Positions 26,175 through 38,999 of a stretch of 64,000 bases of DNA are shown here, one piece after another. The DNA is from Camelus ferus (Eukaryota), in assembly GCF_009834535.1 (NCBI RefSeq), contig NC_045696.1:92506001-92570000 (forward strand), in the 5' to 3' direction. The notes under the pieces were generated by a model, which saw nothing but the letters and a program-made list of their open reading frames with translations, did not search any database and was not told the origin of the DNA. Made by a program: the position numbers and the translations under genes. Every line of letters starts with the position of its first letter. Position 1 is the stretch's first letter.

Positions 26175-28972
26175 ATGGCAATAAGAACATAAATATTGAT
26201 AATTACCTTAAGTGTAAATAGACTAAATGCTCCAACCGAAGGACTTAGACTGGCTGAATGGATACAAAAACAATGGATACCCAAACAAACCTCTGGCCAG
26301 GCTCAGCAAGAAAAGAGAACCAAATAAACAAAGTAAGAAATGAAGGAGAAACAACACCTAATACCATAGAAATACAAAAAAACCCCTAAGAGAACACTAT
26401 GAACAATTATATGCAACAAACTGGACAGCTTAGAAGAAATGGACAAGTTTCTAGAAATAGCCCACCAAAACTGAATCAAGAAGAAATAGATAACTTGAAC
26501 AGACCCATCACTAGAAGTGAAATAGAATCTGTAATAATTTAAAAGAAAAACTCCCTGCAAACAGAAAGTCCAGGACTGGATGGCTTCACTGAACTTATAC
26601 AGAATTTATACCGATTCTTCTCAAACTCTTCCAAAAGACTAAAGGGAAGGGAACACTCCCAAACTCATTCTATGACGCCAACATCACCCTGATACCAAAA
26701 CCAGACAAAGACACTACCAAAAAAGAAAATTACCCGTCAGTATCTTTGATGAATATAGATGCAAAAATTCTTAACAAAAATATTAGCAAACCAAATGCAA
26801 AGTGAATCCAACAACGTAAAAAAGATCATACTCTACAATCAAGTCAGACTCACCCCAGGGTCACAAGGATGGCTCAGCATAGGGATATCAACGAGATACA
26901 ACACATCACCACAAGAAAGGACAAAAACCACATGATCACCTCAATAGGCACAGAAAAGCCTTTGATATAATTCAACATCCGTTCATAAGAACTCTTGCCA
27001 AAGTGAGTACAGAGGGAACATATGTCAGCATAATAAAAGCTTTTTATGACAAACCCACAGCCAGCACAGTACTCAACAGTGAAAAGTAAAGTCTTCCTGT
27101 TAAAATCTGGAACAAGACAAGGATGCCCATTCTCACCACTCATATTCAACACAGTACTGGAAGTCCTAGCCACAGCAATCAGAAAAGAAAAAGAAATAAA
27201 AGGGATCCCTATTGGAAGGGAATAGATAAAACTGTCATTTTACGCAGATGACACAATACTACATACAGAAAACCCTGAAGACATCGCATAAGAACTACTA
27301 GAACTGATAACCAAATTCAGCAAGGTAGCAGGCTTCAAGATTAACATACAGAAACCAGTTGCATTTCTCTACACTAACAACAAAATATCCGAATGGGAAA
27401 GTGAAAAAACACGTGCTTTTAAAATAGAATTTTAAAAAATACTTATGAATAAACCTGACCAAGGAAGTGAAAGACTTATAAACTGAGAACTATAAATCAT
27501 TGATAAAGGAAATTGAAGATGATTCAAAGAAATGGAAAGATATCCCACGCTCTTGGATTGGACAAGTCAATATTGTTAAAATGGCCATACTATCCAAAGC
27601 AATCTACAAATTTAATGTGATCCTTATTAAATTATCCAAGAAATTTTTCACATAACTGGAACAAATATTCCTAAAATTTATCTGGAACCACAAAAGCCCA
27701 GAATTGACAAAGCAACCTTGAGGAAAAAGAAAAAAGCTGGAGGCATAATCCTCCCAAACTTCAACAATTCTATAAAGCTACAGTAATCAACAGCATGGTA
27801 TTGGCATAAAAACAGACATATGGGTCAACGAAACAGAATAGAGAGCCCATAAATAAACCCACAGACTTACAGTCAGTTAATCTTTGACAAAGGAGGCAAG
27901 AATACACAATGCAGAAAAGAGAGTCTCTTCAGCAAGTGGTGCTCGAAAAGTTGGACAGCCGAATGTAAATCAATGAAATTAGAACATTTCCTCACGTTAT
28001 ACACACACAAAAAAACCCTCAAAAATGACTTAAAGACTTAAATATAAGACATGACACCATAAAATTCCTAGAAGAGAACATAGGCAAGACATTTTCTGAA
28101 GTCAGTCGCAGCAATATTTCCTTAGGTCAGTCACCCAAGGTAAAAGAAATAAAAGCAAAAAAAAAAAAACCCAAATGCAGCCTAATCAAACTTAATAAGC
28201 TTTTGCACAGCAAAGGAAACCACAAACAAAACAACCCAAGAACTGAGAGAAAATACTTACTTGCAAATAATGCAACTGACAAGGGATTAATTTCCAAAAC
28301 ATACCCACAGCTCATATAGCTCAATATCAAAAAAAAAAAGCCCAATAAAAAATGAGCAGAAGACCTAAACAGACACTTCTCCAAAGAAGACATACAGATG
28401 GCCAACATGAAAAAATGCTTAACATTGCTAATTATGAGAGAACTGCAAATCAAAACCACAATGGTTTTGATCACACTGGTCAGAATGGCCATCATCAAAA
28501 AGTCTACAAATACTAAATGCTGGAGAGGGTGTGGAGAAAAAGGAACCCTCCTACACAGCTGTTCGGAATGTAAATTGGTGCAGCCACTGTGGAGAACAGT
28601 TTGGAAGTTTCTTTAAATACTAAAAATAGAGTTACCGTATGTTCCAGCAATCTCACTCCTGGGCATGTATCTGGAGAAAACTCTAATTTGAAAAGATACA
28701 TGCACCCCAGTGTTCATAGCAGCACTATTTACAATAGCCAAGACATGGACACACCTAAATGTCCATCACAGATAAATGGATAAAGTTGTATGTATATATA
28801 CATACACACACACACACACATATACGTACAATGGAATACTACTCAGCTATAAAAAAACAACAAAATACTACCATTTACAGCACCACGGATGGACCTAGAG
28901 ATTATCATACTATTAAGTGAAGTCAGAGAAAGACAAATATCGTATGATATCACTTTTACGTGGAATCTTTAA
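26175..28972 (+). pseudogene. Decayed L1 ORF2 lacking most of the endonuclease domain
   Basis: Collinear with 835-4628 except a jump at ~26273-26285; tacgcagatgac (YADD) at 27241-27252; [13 protein letters not shown] in ORF 28398. Confidence 0.9.
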
Positions 28973-30270
28973 AAAAAATGATACAAATGAGTTTATTTAC
29001 AAAACAGAAATAAACTCACAGACATAGAAAACAAAGTTATGGTTACCAAAAGGGAAGGAGGGGAGGGATAAATTAGGAGTTTGGGATTAACAGATACACA
29101 CTACTGTATTTAAAATAAACAACAAGGACCTACTATATAGCAAAGGGAACTATATTCAATATCACTTAATAACCTATAATGGAAAAGAACCTAAAAAGAA
29201 TTTATATATAAATATAAATATATAATTGAATCACTTTGCTGTATATCTAAAACTAAAAAAGTAAGAATATTTTACAATCAACTATACTTCAATTAAAAAA
29301 AAAAAAAAACAATTTCAGCCCTCCCTTTGTGTAGCTGTGAAGTGTTTTCTGAAGGGGAGTTGGCTGCAACCTCTTCATCACCACAGTTCGATGCTCACTA
29401 TTGCTGACAACGCCATCCTCCTAGCTCAGGTCTCAGGTGGCAGACAATGGGGACAGCAGAGCTATGGTGACTGTCTTAGAGCTGGAGGCCTGGACCTGGT
29501 CCTCGACCCACAGCTGGGCTACACATGCCACATAAGTCACTGTAATCAGAGTATTTGAAGCCAGGCTGAAAACGGTAAACCTTCCTGGAGCATCAATTAA
29601 CTTAACTATTTGAGAAGAGAATATAACTCATAAGAATTTTAAAGTATTAGTGTTATGTTAATCTAAATTTTAAATAATGAAACTAATACTCAAGGAACCT
29701 TTTCCTTGCAGAGGGTCCCTGTGAGGCTCCCAGGTTCTCAGCGTTCACGTTCAGTTTCTGAAGCACCAGCTCTCTCACTTTCCCGTTGGAAACTAAGATT
29801 AGAGTCTCAGCTCTCAGTGGAGGATTAGAGCTTTGGTATTACTGAGCCTAAGACGTGAGCTTTATTCTTCCTAATTCTCTGACTTTCAGGACCTAGAGCG
29901 GGAAAACACTGGCTGTTACTTCCATGAGACATGATTACCCAGGCTCAGCTGTAAGTCCTCCAGGCCTTTGCCTCCCTTCATTCTTTCCTTCTGCCCACCT
30001 CTTAGCATCTTCCTCCTGGTAGTACTGGATTCTGGTAGCTATTGTTTATGGAGTTGTTGTTTTCTTGTTAGTTTATTTATTAAGCCTTCTTTTCTATCCA
30101 CCGTCTCTTGTAACAGAGGATTTTCCCTTTTGGGGAAATTCTCCCTGATCTGATGTGGTCTTGGTTATACCAGCAGCCATGTACTCCCGCCCTGTCACCT
30201 CCTGGCATCTCCCACCCCCTTTCTGGACCACAGGTCAAATATACAACCGAGCTAGATCAGGAAACCCGTT

Positions 30271-30760
30271 TGCATTAGTGTCTATCGCTGCTGTAACAAA
30301 TTACCACACACTTGGAGGCTTAACATTTTTAAAATATATAAAAATATTTACTCTCTTACAGTTTTAGAGGCCAGAGTCCAAAATAGGTGTCGGCTGGTCC
30401 GGCTCCGTCTGGACACTCTAGAGGAGATTCTGTTTCCTTGGCTTTTATCAGCTTTTATAGACCACTCATATTCCTGGGCTCGTGGCTCCCTCCACTTTCA
30501 AAGCACGTCGCCCCGACCCCTGCTCCCCTCACCACGCCATCTTCACTCTGACTCCCAGGCTGCCTGCCTTCCTCTTACAAGGGTCCTGGTGATTATATCA
30601 TTGGGCCCACCTGTGCAATCCCGGATACGCTCCCCAGCTCAAGACCCTTACCTTAATTACTTCTGCAAAGGCCCTTTGGCCAGGTAAAGCAACATATTCA
30701 CAGGTTAAAGAGATTAGAATGTGACTCTCTCTGGGGGCCGGGTCGTTTTTCTATACCCAC
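30271..30760 (-). mobile_element. MaLR solo LTR (MLT1C/D-like), apparently inserted in an older MLT1
   Basis: tgcattagt...gctgctgtaacaaattaccacacacttggaggcttaa...taaagcaacatattcacaggtt...gattagaatgtgac. Confidence 0.8.
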
Positions 30761-31060
30761 ACCACCCTTGGGGAAGTAATCCATCCACAGGTGGACGTGT
30801 GAGCTGAACAGGAACACGCAGGTCTTCCCTGGGATTATCATTAGGATGGGAGGAGTAACCTTGGGAGTGACTAACCTTGAAGAAAATTATGTTGGGGCTG
30901 CTGGCAACTATCTTTGTGGTTACATGGAGGAGGTTCATGTGCAGCAGGAGGGAATGCATTCAAGTTCAGATCAGACCCACCCTGATTTCCAGGCTTAGGA
31001 ACCAGTAAGTTCTCTTTTTGCTTGAGCTACTTTGAGCTGATTTTCTACACTAATGACTCC
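30761..31060 (+). mobile_element. MLT1J/K-like LTR remnant (5' part probably ~30110-30270)
   Basis: ggggctgctggcaactatctttg...aaccagtaagttctctttttgcttgagctactttgagctgatttt. Confidence 0.55.
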
Positions 31061-31562
31061 CCATATTTTTTTCTTAAATAATGAGAAGAGGAAGGATGTG
31101 GGAGCCAACTCAATAATTTTTCTGCCTTTTTTTAAGGGGTTTGATAACTATGTTTGAATACAAATGAGGCTAAAGCTGCCAAAATAAACCTTTATAAACA
31201 TCATTAGGTCTTGTTTTCTTGTGTCTATACTCTACCAAACTACAGAGAATAGAGGCTAATTATATTTTTAAAACGAATGTGACCATAACTGGATAAGCAA
31301 TTGAAATAATAATTTTGACACTGCCACTGTTTTTTCCTTTCTAAAAGGAAAGAAAAGAACAATTCTCTTTCATAAGAAACCTGCTTTTATTGGCTCCCTT
31401 ACATAGAAGGAGGCAGGTGGATTGTGTTAGTAGCTTTTTGAAAGCTTTGTTTTGAAAGGTTAGGTCTATCAAGAAATTATCATGGGCTTGTCCTGAGAGG
31501 ATGCAGTATATGGAAAGTTTAAAGAAAGGAAGAGTGGTCTCACTTCAGAGGAGGCCATAGAC

Positions 31563-32025
31563 TGGTGGATTACACTGGCCACATTCCTTCAAGAGGCTGA
31601 GGTTCCTTCCCTTGATTTTGGGCTGGCCTTATGGCTTCTTTTGACCAATAGAACATGGAGGAAGGCATGCCTTTCAGCTCCAGGCCCAGCTCCTTACAGG
31701 ACTGTCAGCTTCTCTTTGCTCCTTCTTGGAATGTCCCCTCTTTGGATCCAGCCACCATGGAAGATGCATGGACTAGACCACTGAGTGATAAGAGGCCACA
31801 CGGAGACCCTGGAGGGACAGACAAGACCATCTTGGACTTTCTAGCTCCATTAGTGCCCCCAGGTGAAAGCAACTGCATGAACGTTCCCAGTTAACACTAC
31901 AGGGAAGGAAGGTGAGGCTTTCCCACCAAGCTGCCCAAATTGAAGAATCATGAGCAGATATCTGATGGTATTTCAAGCTGTTGAGTTTAGGGGTTACTTG
32001 TTATGCTGCAAAAGATAACTGAAAC
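31563..32025 (+). mobile_element. MaLR solo LTR (MLT1G/H-like)
   Basis: cccttgattttgggctggccttatggcttcttttgaccaatagaa; ends ttgttatgctgcaaaagataactgaaaca. Confidence 0.8.
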
Positions 32026-32179
32026 AGGTAGACTGCCTGAGATCGGGAATAAGGGCTTGGTGGTGGGTAACATGGTGGCTGAGACTTGCATCACGTTCTA
32101 TCTCAGAGATGTGTTTTTCTTCAACATATCCTAGAAGTAACCGAATCTCATACTAAAGAATGCTGTGTGGTTATTAGGA

Positions 32180-32712
32180 AACTGAGTCCCAAGTACTAGT
32201 CAGTGGGAGCCACAGAGGTTCATGGCCACACTTGGTACAGTGGGAGGAGGAATTAGATAGTTTGGACCTTTGGGAAAGTTCTTTAACAAGACATGTCCCC
32301 GCACCTTTTCTCCTTCCTGTTTGTCTGGAATTTAGGTGTCACGAGTGGAGTTCCAGCCATCCCTGGAACTGTAAGACAATTTTGTGAATGAAAGTTGTGC
32401 ACTAAAAATGGCAGAGCAGAAAACTGGAAGGATCCTGGGAGTCAGAAGACTTCGTGGAGGCGGAGAGGGTATAGCTTGGTAGTAGAATGCACGCCTCCAA
32501 GCATGAGGTCCTGGATTCAATTCCCAGTACCTCCATTAAATAAATAAATAAACCTAATTACCTCCCCCAACCGAAAAAAATAAAATAGTTTAGAAAACTT
32601 AGTGGAGATTCCACATCTGGACTCCTTACCAGACTTCTCTCACTTGATGGAGTAACCATTATTTCTTTTAGCTGCTTTGTCTCAGTTACACACAACTCAG
32701 GCTTTTCCTAAC
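32180..32712 (+). mobile_element. Old MLT1-type LTR interrupted by a SINE
   Basis: ggagttccagccatccctggaactgtaag...atggcagagcagaaaactggaaggatcctgg...ctcagttacacacaac...cctaactga. Confidence 0.6.
32460..32591 (+). mobile_element. Vic-1-type tRNA-derived SINE (camelid)
   Basis: Homologous to 21649-21786; TSD AGAAGACTTCGTGGAG 32444-32459 and AGAAAACTTAGTGGAG 32592-32607. Confidence 0.9.
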
Positions 32713-32849
32713 TGAGAAATCCCACAAAATGACTGAGATAACATTTTCCATAGACCTTAGTGGGTTATGGAATGAACCATATTTAATATGATTTAGGAAA
32801 GTAAAGAAATGTGATGTTTCCTGTCAGCTGCAGGAGGCTGGAGAGGAAT

Positions 32850-33110
32850 CCGAGGAGGTGAACTGCCCAACCGGAGAAAGGCATGAGGAGCCGACATAAT
32901 GCGCGAGGAGCTGACACGGAGCAAAACAGCACTTCACTGCAATACAAGCGGGTGGCACCCGCAGGTGTACACACTTGTCCTTTGATAATGCCTGCGCATG
33001 CGTATTGTTCATAATGCCGACTCATGCCATTGGCGCATGCGTACATTTACTTCTTACCTCGTACACATGCAAGTTATTGTGAACTTTGACCTGGGTCCCA
33101 CGACCTGCTT
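32850..33110. promoter_or_regulatory. Small CpG-retaining patch with two NRF1-like motifs (candidate regulatory element)
   Basis: About 15 CpGs in ~250 bp; TGCGCATGCGT 32993-33003 and GCGCATGCGT 33033-33042. Confidence 0.45.
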
Positions 33111-33239
33111 ACTTAAGACTGCCAACATTTCCCCTAATTATTTTCCTGAAGCAGATCAGTCAGTGACAGGTCTCTGGAGAAGAGTGGCATTAGAGCCCAT
33201 AGAGACGTGATAGCCGACTGGGTTTCTCTTACACACTGA

Positions 33240-33465
33240 AGATGGTGTGAAGAAAGCTTGGGATTTAAATGGATGCAAATCTGGATTAGGATCCTGGCTC
33301 CAGCTCCTCGGACAGGTGACTTAGTCTCTCCAAACATCAGTTTTCCTATGTAAGGAAGGAGGGTAAGGCATTTCACTGAGTTTGAGGAATGATTTAACGA
33401 GGTGCCTTATGAAACACAAATTACACTCCCTGGCAGATTGGGAGTCTTCAGTGAATGGCAGTGTT
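33240..33465 (+). mobile_element. MIR
   Basis: atcctggctccagctcct...ggtgacttagtctctccaaacatcagttttcctatgtaag. Confidence 0.65.
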
Positions 33466-34784
33466 CCAGACTGTGTGTAACGGAGAGAAAGGAGAGACAT
33501 ACAGAAACGAAGAAAGTAAAAACAGAGGGACACCCATGAGCCCAGAGAAGAAGGATGAGGTGTTACAATAATTTTCAAAGCTCTGTTTCCTTTCTTTCTT
33601 CATCCTCCCAAGGAGCAGGGGAAGGAGATACTCTAGTTAGCAGGTTACCAAAGCAGCTATTAAGCCAGATGTCCAGCTATGCGCCCAGGATCTGAAAACA
33701 AAACAAAATCTTAAACCTGAGCAGTTGTAAAGAAAACAAACTGGTACAAGTGAAGAATTCACTTGCAGTTTCTCCTTCAGCAAATACTGACAGAACACTT
33801 CCTGTGTTCTGAGCCTTGGGGATACAGTGAGAAGGGGACAGACCAAGAGTCTGTGCTGGAGAAACGTTCATTCTGGCAGCAGAGGCAGGTGGCATGCGTG
33901 TAGATTAGAGCATATACTGTCAGACACTGAGGTGGGCGCTGCGGAACCCCTCTGTCATTCATGATGCATCCAACGGTGTACTCAACACTCCCCTTCTAAG
34001 AGTTTAGATACCACGATCAACCATCCCTTTTGATTCCAGTGTAACTGGACATCACAGCACAGCTTAACACATCTAACCCTGGCCCAGCCCAGAGTAATCA
34101 GGTGTTCTCTCCTTCATGTGGAAGGGGACTGGTGTCTTCCAAGCCCCCTGAGGTGGGGCAACGGAGAGAAACTCTACCTGGCCCTGTAAGCAAAGCAACA
34201 GGGAAAACACATGCAGGTTCATGGAGCTTAAATTTTATTTGAAGACTTGGAGAAACAAAATGAAGTATCTGATAATTTGAAACAGTATAAAATTAATATA
34301 ATTATTACAAAATAGAAAAAAATTTCTATGTATTTTTCAAATAAGATGAGAAAATTCAAAGTTATGACAGTAGCCTGTTTCAGGCTAGGCCTTCATTGCC
34401 TTAGCAGTTGGCATTTCTCTCCACTTGTAGGCATTCAGGGAGGCAGTAGTGAGAGCTCTCAGGGGGTGCTCAAGGCCAATGCCCGCTTGTACTCTGGGGG
34501 ATTCTGACCATGCACTTCCTGTTCTAAGAAATAGTCACACCACCAGGCTGCATCAAAACTTACAGGAAAGAAAAGGTATTGGGTAAATAGCTCAGGAACG
34601 TTCACCTCAGGAAGGATTTTTGCTCCTTTCTCTCTAAGAGGAAACAGAAAATTCCCAACAGGGCATGGATTTAGGGGATAGGAAACTGCTAGCCTTCTTC
34701 TATTTAAGGCCTGACTGAAAGAGCCAAGAAAACCCTCAAGGTTTGCAAATGGACTAGCCCAACTCATCAAGAAGGAAGCTGACA

Positions 34785-34966
34785 TTCTGTGGACATTTTG
34801 AGCCAGTCAATTCTTTGTTGTGAGGGAGCTATCCTATGCTCTTGGGATGTTTAGCAGTATCCGTGGACTCTCCACCCACCAAATACCAATAGAACTAGAT
34901 ACCCAGTTGTCACAACCAAGATTGTCTCCAGACATTGACAATATGCCCAGGATTGGGAACCACTGA
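34785..34966. mobile_element. MER20 hAT MITE
   Basis: gacattttgagccagtcaattctttgttgtg...gatgtttagcagtatcc...cccagttgtcacaaccaagattgtctccagacattg...gggaaccactg. Confidence 0.85.
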
Positions 34967-35194
34967 GTTAAGAAGAGGGCACTGTAGCCTAGTCAATAAT
35001 AAAACTTTTGTTTTCTTAGAGTATCTTCTGTGCTACGTGTATTACCTAGGACTCAAGGAGGGTGCTATTCCCATATTAAGTAGGGCAAAATTCAGGATGC
35101 AGTGGTTTAGACACCTATGCTGGCCACCATCCTCAGGACTAACACTATCTGAACTGAGTAACACAGTAAAAGGCAAGATTCATCCCACTGTCAC

Positions 35195-35312
35195 CAAGGT
35201 TATGTACAGCTGCATAGGCTAGGCACTGCACAATTCCAGAAAATGCCATTCACATAGACTAAAGTGTGAATTGCCCTCCCTGGAGTTGTGCAATGCAGCA
35301 ACCTTTGATGTC
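35195..35312. mobile_element. MER91-like palindromic hAT-Tip100 MITE
   Basis: tgcacaattccagaaaatgccattcacatagactaaagtgtgaattgccctccctggagttgtgca forms an imperfect hairpin. Confidence 0.7.
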
Positions 35313-35579
35313 ACAATGTTTCAGCCATCTGGTCTCCTGGATGGTAGAGAGAATATTAGGAAGAAGAAAGAAGAAAACTAGTAAACAATACATATGGGTC
35401 AGAAAATCATGACTCACTATCTCAGCTTTAAATAGGATACCACTTCCAGATGGCATCACACTCTCCAAAATTAAAATAGAGCTTCAAATCTAAAAAAGTC
35501 TTGTAACAAAAATTTATTTTTCATTTCTGTTGTCAGGACCCTACTGGATTACTGGAAAACTATGGAGAAACTGAGCAGT

Positions 35580-35800
35580 ACAGTGGAGTGAGCTTGGGAT
35601 GTCTCATGAGAAGATCCAGATTTGAACTGTTTCTACCATCTAATAGCCCCGAGTTGATGTTTTAGCCATAAATTGGAGATGATAGTAATTATTCCTGCCC
35701 CTGAGTGTCATGAAGATTAACAAGAAGTGAGACAGTGAATGTGCACGCATTGTAAAGGGTAAAGCACAACACAAATGCTGCTCAATTTGACAAATAGCTG
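35580..35800 (+). mobile_element. MIR
   Basis: taaattggagatgatagtaattattcctgccc...gaagattaa...tgtaaagggtaaagc. Confidence 0.55.
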
Positions 35801-36089
35801 ATGTCACTTGATAGCTTACTAAAGATTTGAGACTTTTTTTTTCCAAATGTCAAAGACATCTGTCTTCTAAAAGGTATCCATTTTTAATATATTTGGAAAT
35901 CCTCTCATCCATGTCATTTTAATTACTGTTGTTCATATTTTGTATTATTGTATAGTTACAGGTTATAAATATTCCCTTACTGATAGAGGATTAAACAAAA
36001 AGTCTAATAGCTGCGATGTTAAAAGAAAATGGCACTTTATAGAAGCCTTTTCAAAATTTACCCAAAAGTACAATTCCCTGTCGTTAACC

Positions 36090-36985
36090 CAAGAATACTT
36101 TTTTCCTAATTATAAAAGCAACATGTGATCATTTCAAAAGATTTAAAAAAATAAAAAACACAACAACCATCATAATGCCACCCACCTAAAATAACCACTG
36201 TTGGCATATTCCACCCATTATTTCCCCTGTTTACATGATATTACATATTGTTGAGATACCATATACCCAACTCCGTGTTATTTTCTACAACACAGCAAAG
36301 TCGTTAAAAACCCTAAAAATATTTTAATGGGTATGTAGTATTCCTGCAAATGAATGTTTCATAATTTATAAATTATTATCCCACCAACTTTGGATTTTTC
36401 CTTTGTATCCATCCTTTTTTTTTTGGTTCAGCTTCTAAGTTCCCAGAAGTGGAATTGTGAAATTGAAGGATCTAAATTTCAATTTGCCACCAGAAAAAAG
36501 AATTATATCAATTATCACACCTTTTAGCAATATGAGAATGCACTTCTTGGGACATCCTAACCAGAACTGGGTATGCTTGTTTTTAATGTTTACTGTTTTA
36601 ATTTCCATACACTTGTGATCTGATTTTATTAGTCATTAGCCTCTCCTCTCCTATGCTCATTTATTTCTATGGTATCAGTTTTTAATTGATTTGCATGAAT
36701 TCTTTCAATATAAAAGTTATTAATCACTTGTCTCTCATATTCAGGTAGAGTGCTTCCCAGACTATTTATTACTCTTTCCAATTAGTGCTTTTTTTGACAT
36801 TAAGAAGTTTTAAATTTTATGTAATCAAAATTATTGGCATTTTTCTTGTAATTTCTTTTGTTACTTTTAAGTTTCCTTTTTAAAAAAGCTATTTTTTATC
36901 CCAAGATCGAACATCTATATTCACCTATATGTTTCAGTCCCATTTTTTTATAATTACCCAAAATTCACATTGGCTTATTGCACCC
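36090..36985 (-). mobile_element. Old L1M fragment
   Basis: ttcccagaagtggaattg; aagaagttttaaattttatgtaatcaaa; ccaagatcgaacatctatattcacctatatg. Confidence 0.6.
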
Positions 36986-37090
36986 CTCCCTGAAAGCTGC
37001 CCACTCCTTAGACCTTAGATATCCTTATCCTCCATCAATGAACTGCATCACCTCTGCACTCCTTGGCATACCTACTCCTTGAGGATGTTC

Positions 37091-37282
37091 ACGGATGTGC
37101 TGAAACTGGCTCTTACCAGATCACCAGAGCCAATTTGTGCATCTCCTCCCAACTCCAAATTCAGTGACACCACATTAATACCTTGAAATTGGCCACAGTG
37201 AGGGTATTTACAGCACAGAAATCAGCAAATTCTACAAATCCGGACCTTCGTTTTCAGAGAGCCAGTTTACCAGCACACCATG
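37091..37282. mobile_element. MER63A-like hAT-Blackjack MITE
   Basis: gatgtgctg...tcccaactccaaattcagtgac...cttgaaattggcc...tttaccagcacacca with terminal inverted repeats. Confidence 0.75.
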
Positions 37283-38019
37283 GACTAGATCAAAAGGCCC
37301 CTCGAGACCTGGGATTCTTCAACATGACTATAATACAACAATTACATGAAAAGTTTAAAATGAATGAGACCATTATCGAAACACTAGTTTTACCCCATCA
37401 ACATCCACATAAATTGTAATTTGAAAATATGTAACCTGAGAAATTTTTTCTATAGTCTGCTTTTCTCTTCCTCTCCCTGACAGATAGGATTCTTGGAGAT
37501 TACTAAAATAGAAATTATCTACGTTAAAATCAGGTGGAAAAGCAAGACACTGCTTTGACCTAGAAGAATGTAACACTTTGGATTGTAAAGGGAGAATAAA
37601 TAACATTTTCTCATGTCAGTCTCTGTCCCAGGAGGTCTTGGGTTATTAAATATAACTGCTTGAACAAACAGTGGTTCTCCTCCTGGGAGAACTGGTTCTG
37701 CTACTCCCAGGACAATTGCACAAAGCCAATTGGTCAAATAGCCTGTGACAGATTAAAGCCCTCTCCTGACTCCTCTGGAAAAGCCTAGTTAGGCCTCCAT
37801 TAGCATCAGCCCGGACAGCTTTACTTATCTGCAACACGACTCCCAGCCAAAGGCAGCCTGGGGCCAGGGCCTGCCTCGGGGCGGGATCCACTGGGAGGAC
37901 TCCATCGTGGTGGGCTCTCTGGCATTCCAGTTTCAAGTGCTCCTGACTCATCATAGCCCTCTGTTGAGGCAATTTCTTCAACCAGCACCCCCTTCATCCA
38001 GTCTCCTCCAGACAATGAA

Positions 38020-38215
38020 TGTCCCCAAAATTCAGCTCTAAAATCACAGATTAGTAGAACCAGAAAGGGTCTCAGGGAGTTTCCTCCAAACTTCCTCTTA
38101 CAGGTGAGGCCCAGAGAAAGATGGTCCTTTGTCCAAAATGTCCAGAAAGCCCTGACCAGCAAAAAACTCGAACACAGGATGGCCAAGTCCCAGCCCAGGG
38201 TGCTTTCCACTGAAA
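38020..38215 (-). mobile_element. MIR/MIR3 fragment
   Basis: ttacaggtgaggcccagagaaagatggtcctttgtccaa...gaacacagg...gtcccagcccagggtgctttccact. Confidence 0.55.
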
Positions 38216-38999
38216 TTCTGCCCTCTCTCTTCCATTGTCTCCCTTGGAGGTGGGAGAGAGAGTGGTACCCTTGGGGGAAAGGAGGTGGTATCTTTATTAC
38301 CTGTAAGCTACAGTGGTCACAGGTTTTAGGGATCCCTAAACCCATTAGAATGTTGGGAGTCCCTCAGGTGTGCAACAAATGGACAGAGACTTCAGTGAAT
38401 TTAATGCATGATGCAACTATTCTTTTTAATTAATTAAAAAATAAACCTTCTGATGCATCCCCCCAAAATAAGTGAATTTCAAACCCACAAAGAGGAGAGA
38501 ATTTAACCACGACATTTTAGTGACTCCTTTTAGAAATAATTCAAGGACAAATAAATTGGAAGCCTTACTTCATTCATCTAATTGGATAAGCCTCTCAATA
38601 GACCCTTTCTTGATGCCAGTAAGAGAAAACAGAATCCTCCATTTAATTTTTCAATATGAAGAAGCAAAAGTTTCTAAACAACACAGACCTTAAGAAATCA
38701 TTTTACCTTCAAGGTAGCTCAAGCTTTACAAGGAAAAATATGTTACATGACTTCATGTTTCTGCAAATTCCTTTTAGAGCACAAATCGTAAATTAGAAGA
38801 ATAGATTTTCATCGGTAGCAATACAAACATTTCAATGGAAGAATAGTGGGTCTATGCTTTTATTTAGTTATTACCTGACTTACATTTAGATGATTCCCGT
38901 GGTCTGCCTGGGATAAGCTAGTTCACTTTTATATCACACAGAGAATTGACAAATTACAAGGCTAGATGACATGTGCATCAGAAGTCCCAGCGACTGGCG

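Larger units (their letters stand above)
23728..29309 (+). mobile_element. Older L1 with both ends present (5'UTR, ORF1, ORF2 with ~1 kb deletion, 3'UTR, poly(A))
   Basis: YY1-like caagatggtg 23737-23746; ORF1 ~24828-25709; ORF2 ATG 26175; poly(A) 29295-29309; many stops and frameshifts; no clear TSD. Confidence 0.93.

Noticed and set aside
37646..38433. Overlapping ORFs of 109-174 aa
   Set aside because: No recognisable domain, they overlap a MIR, and there is no exon support; likely chance ORFs.
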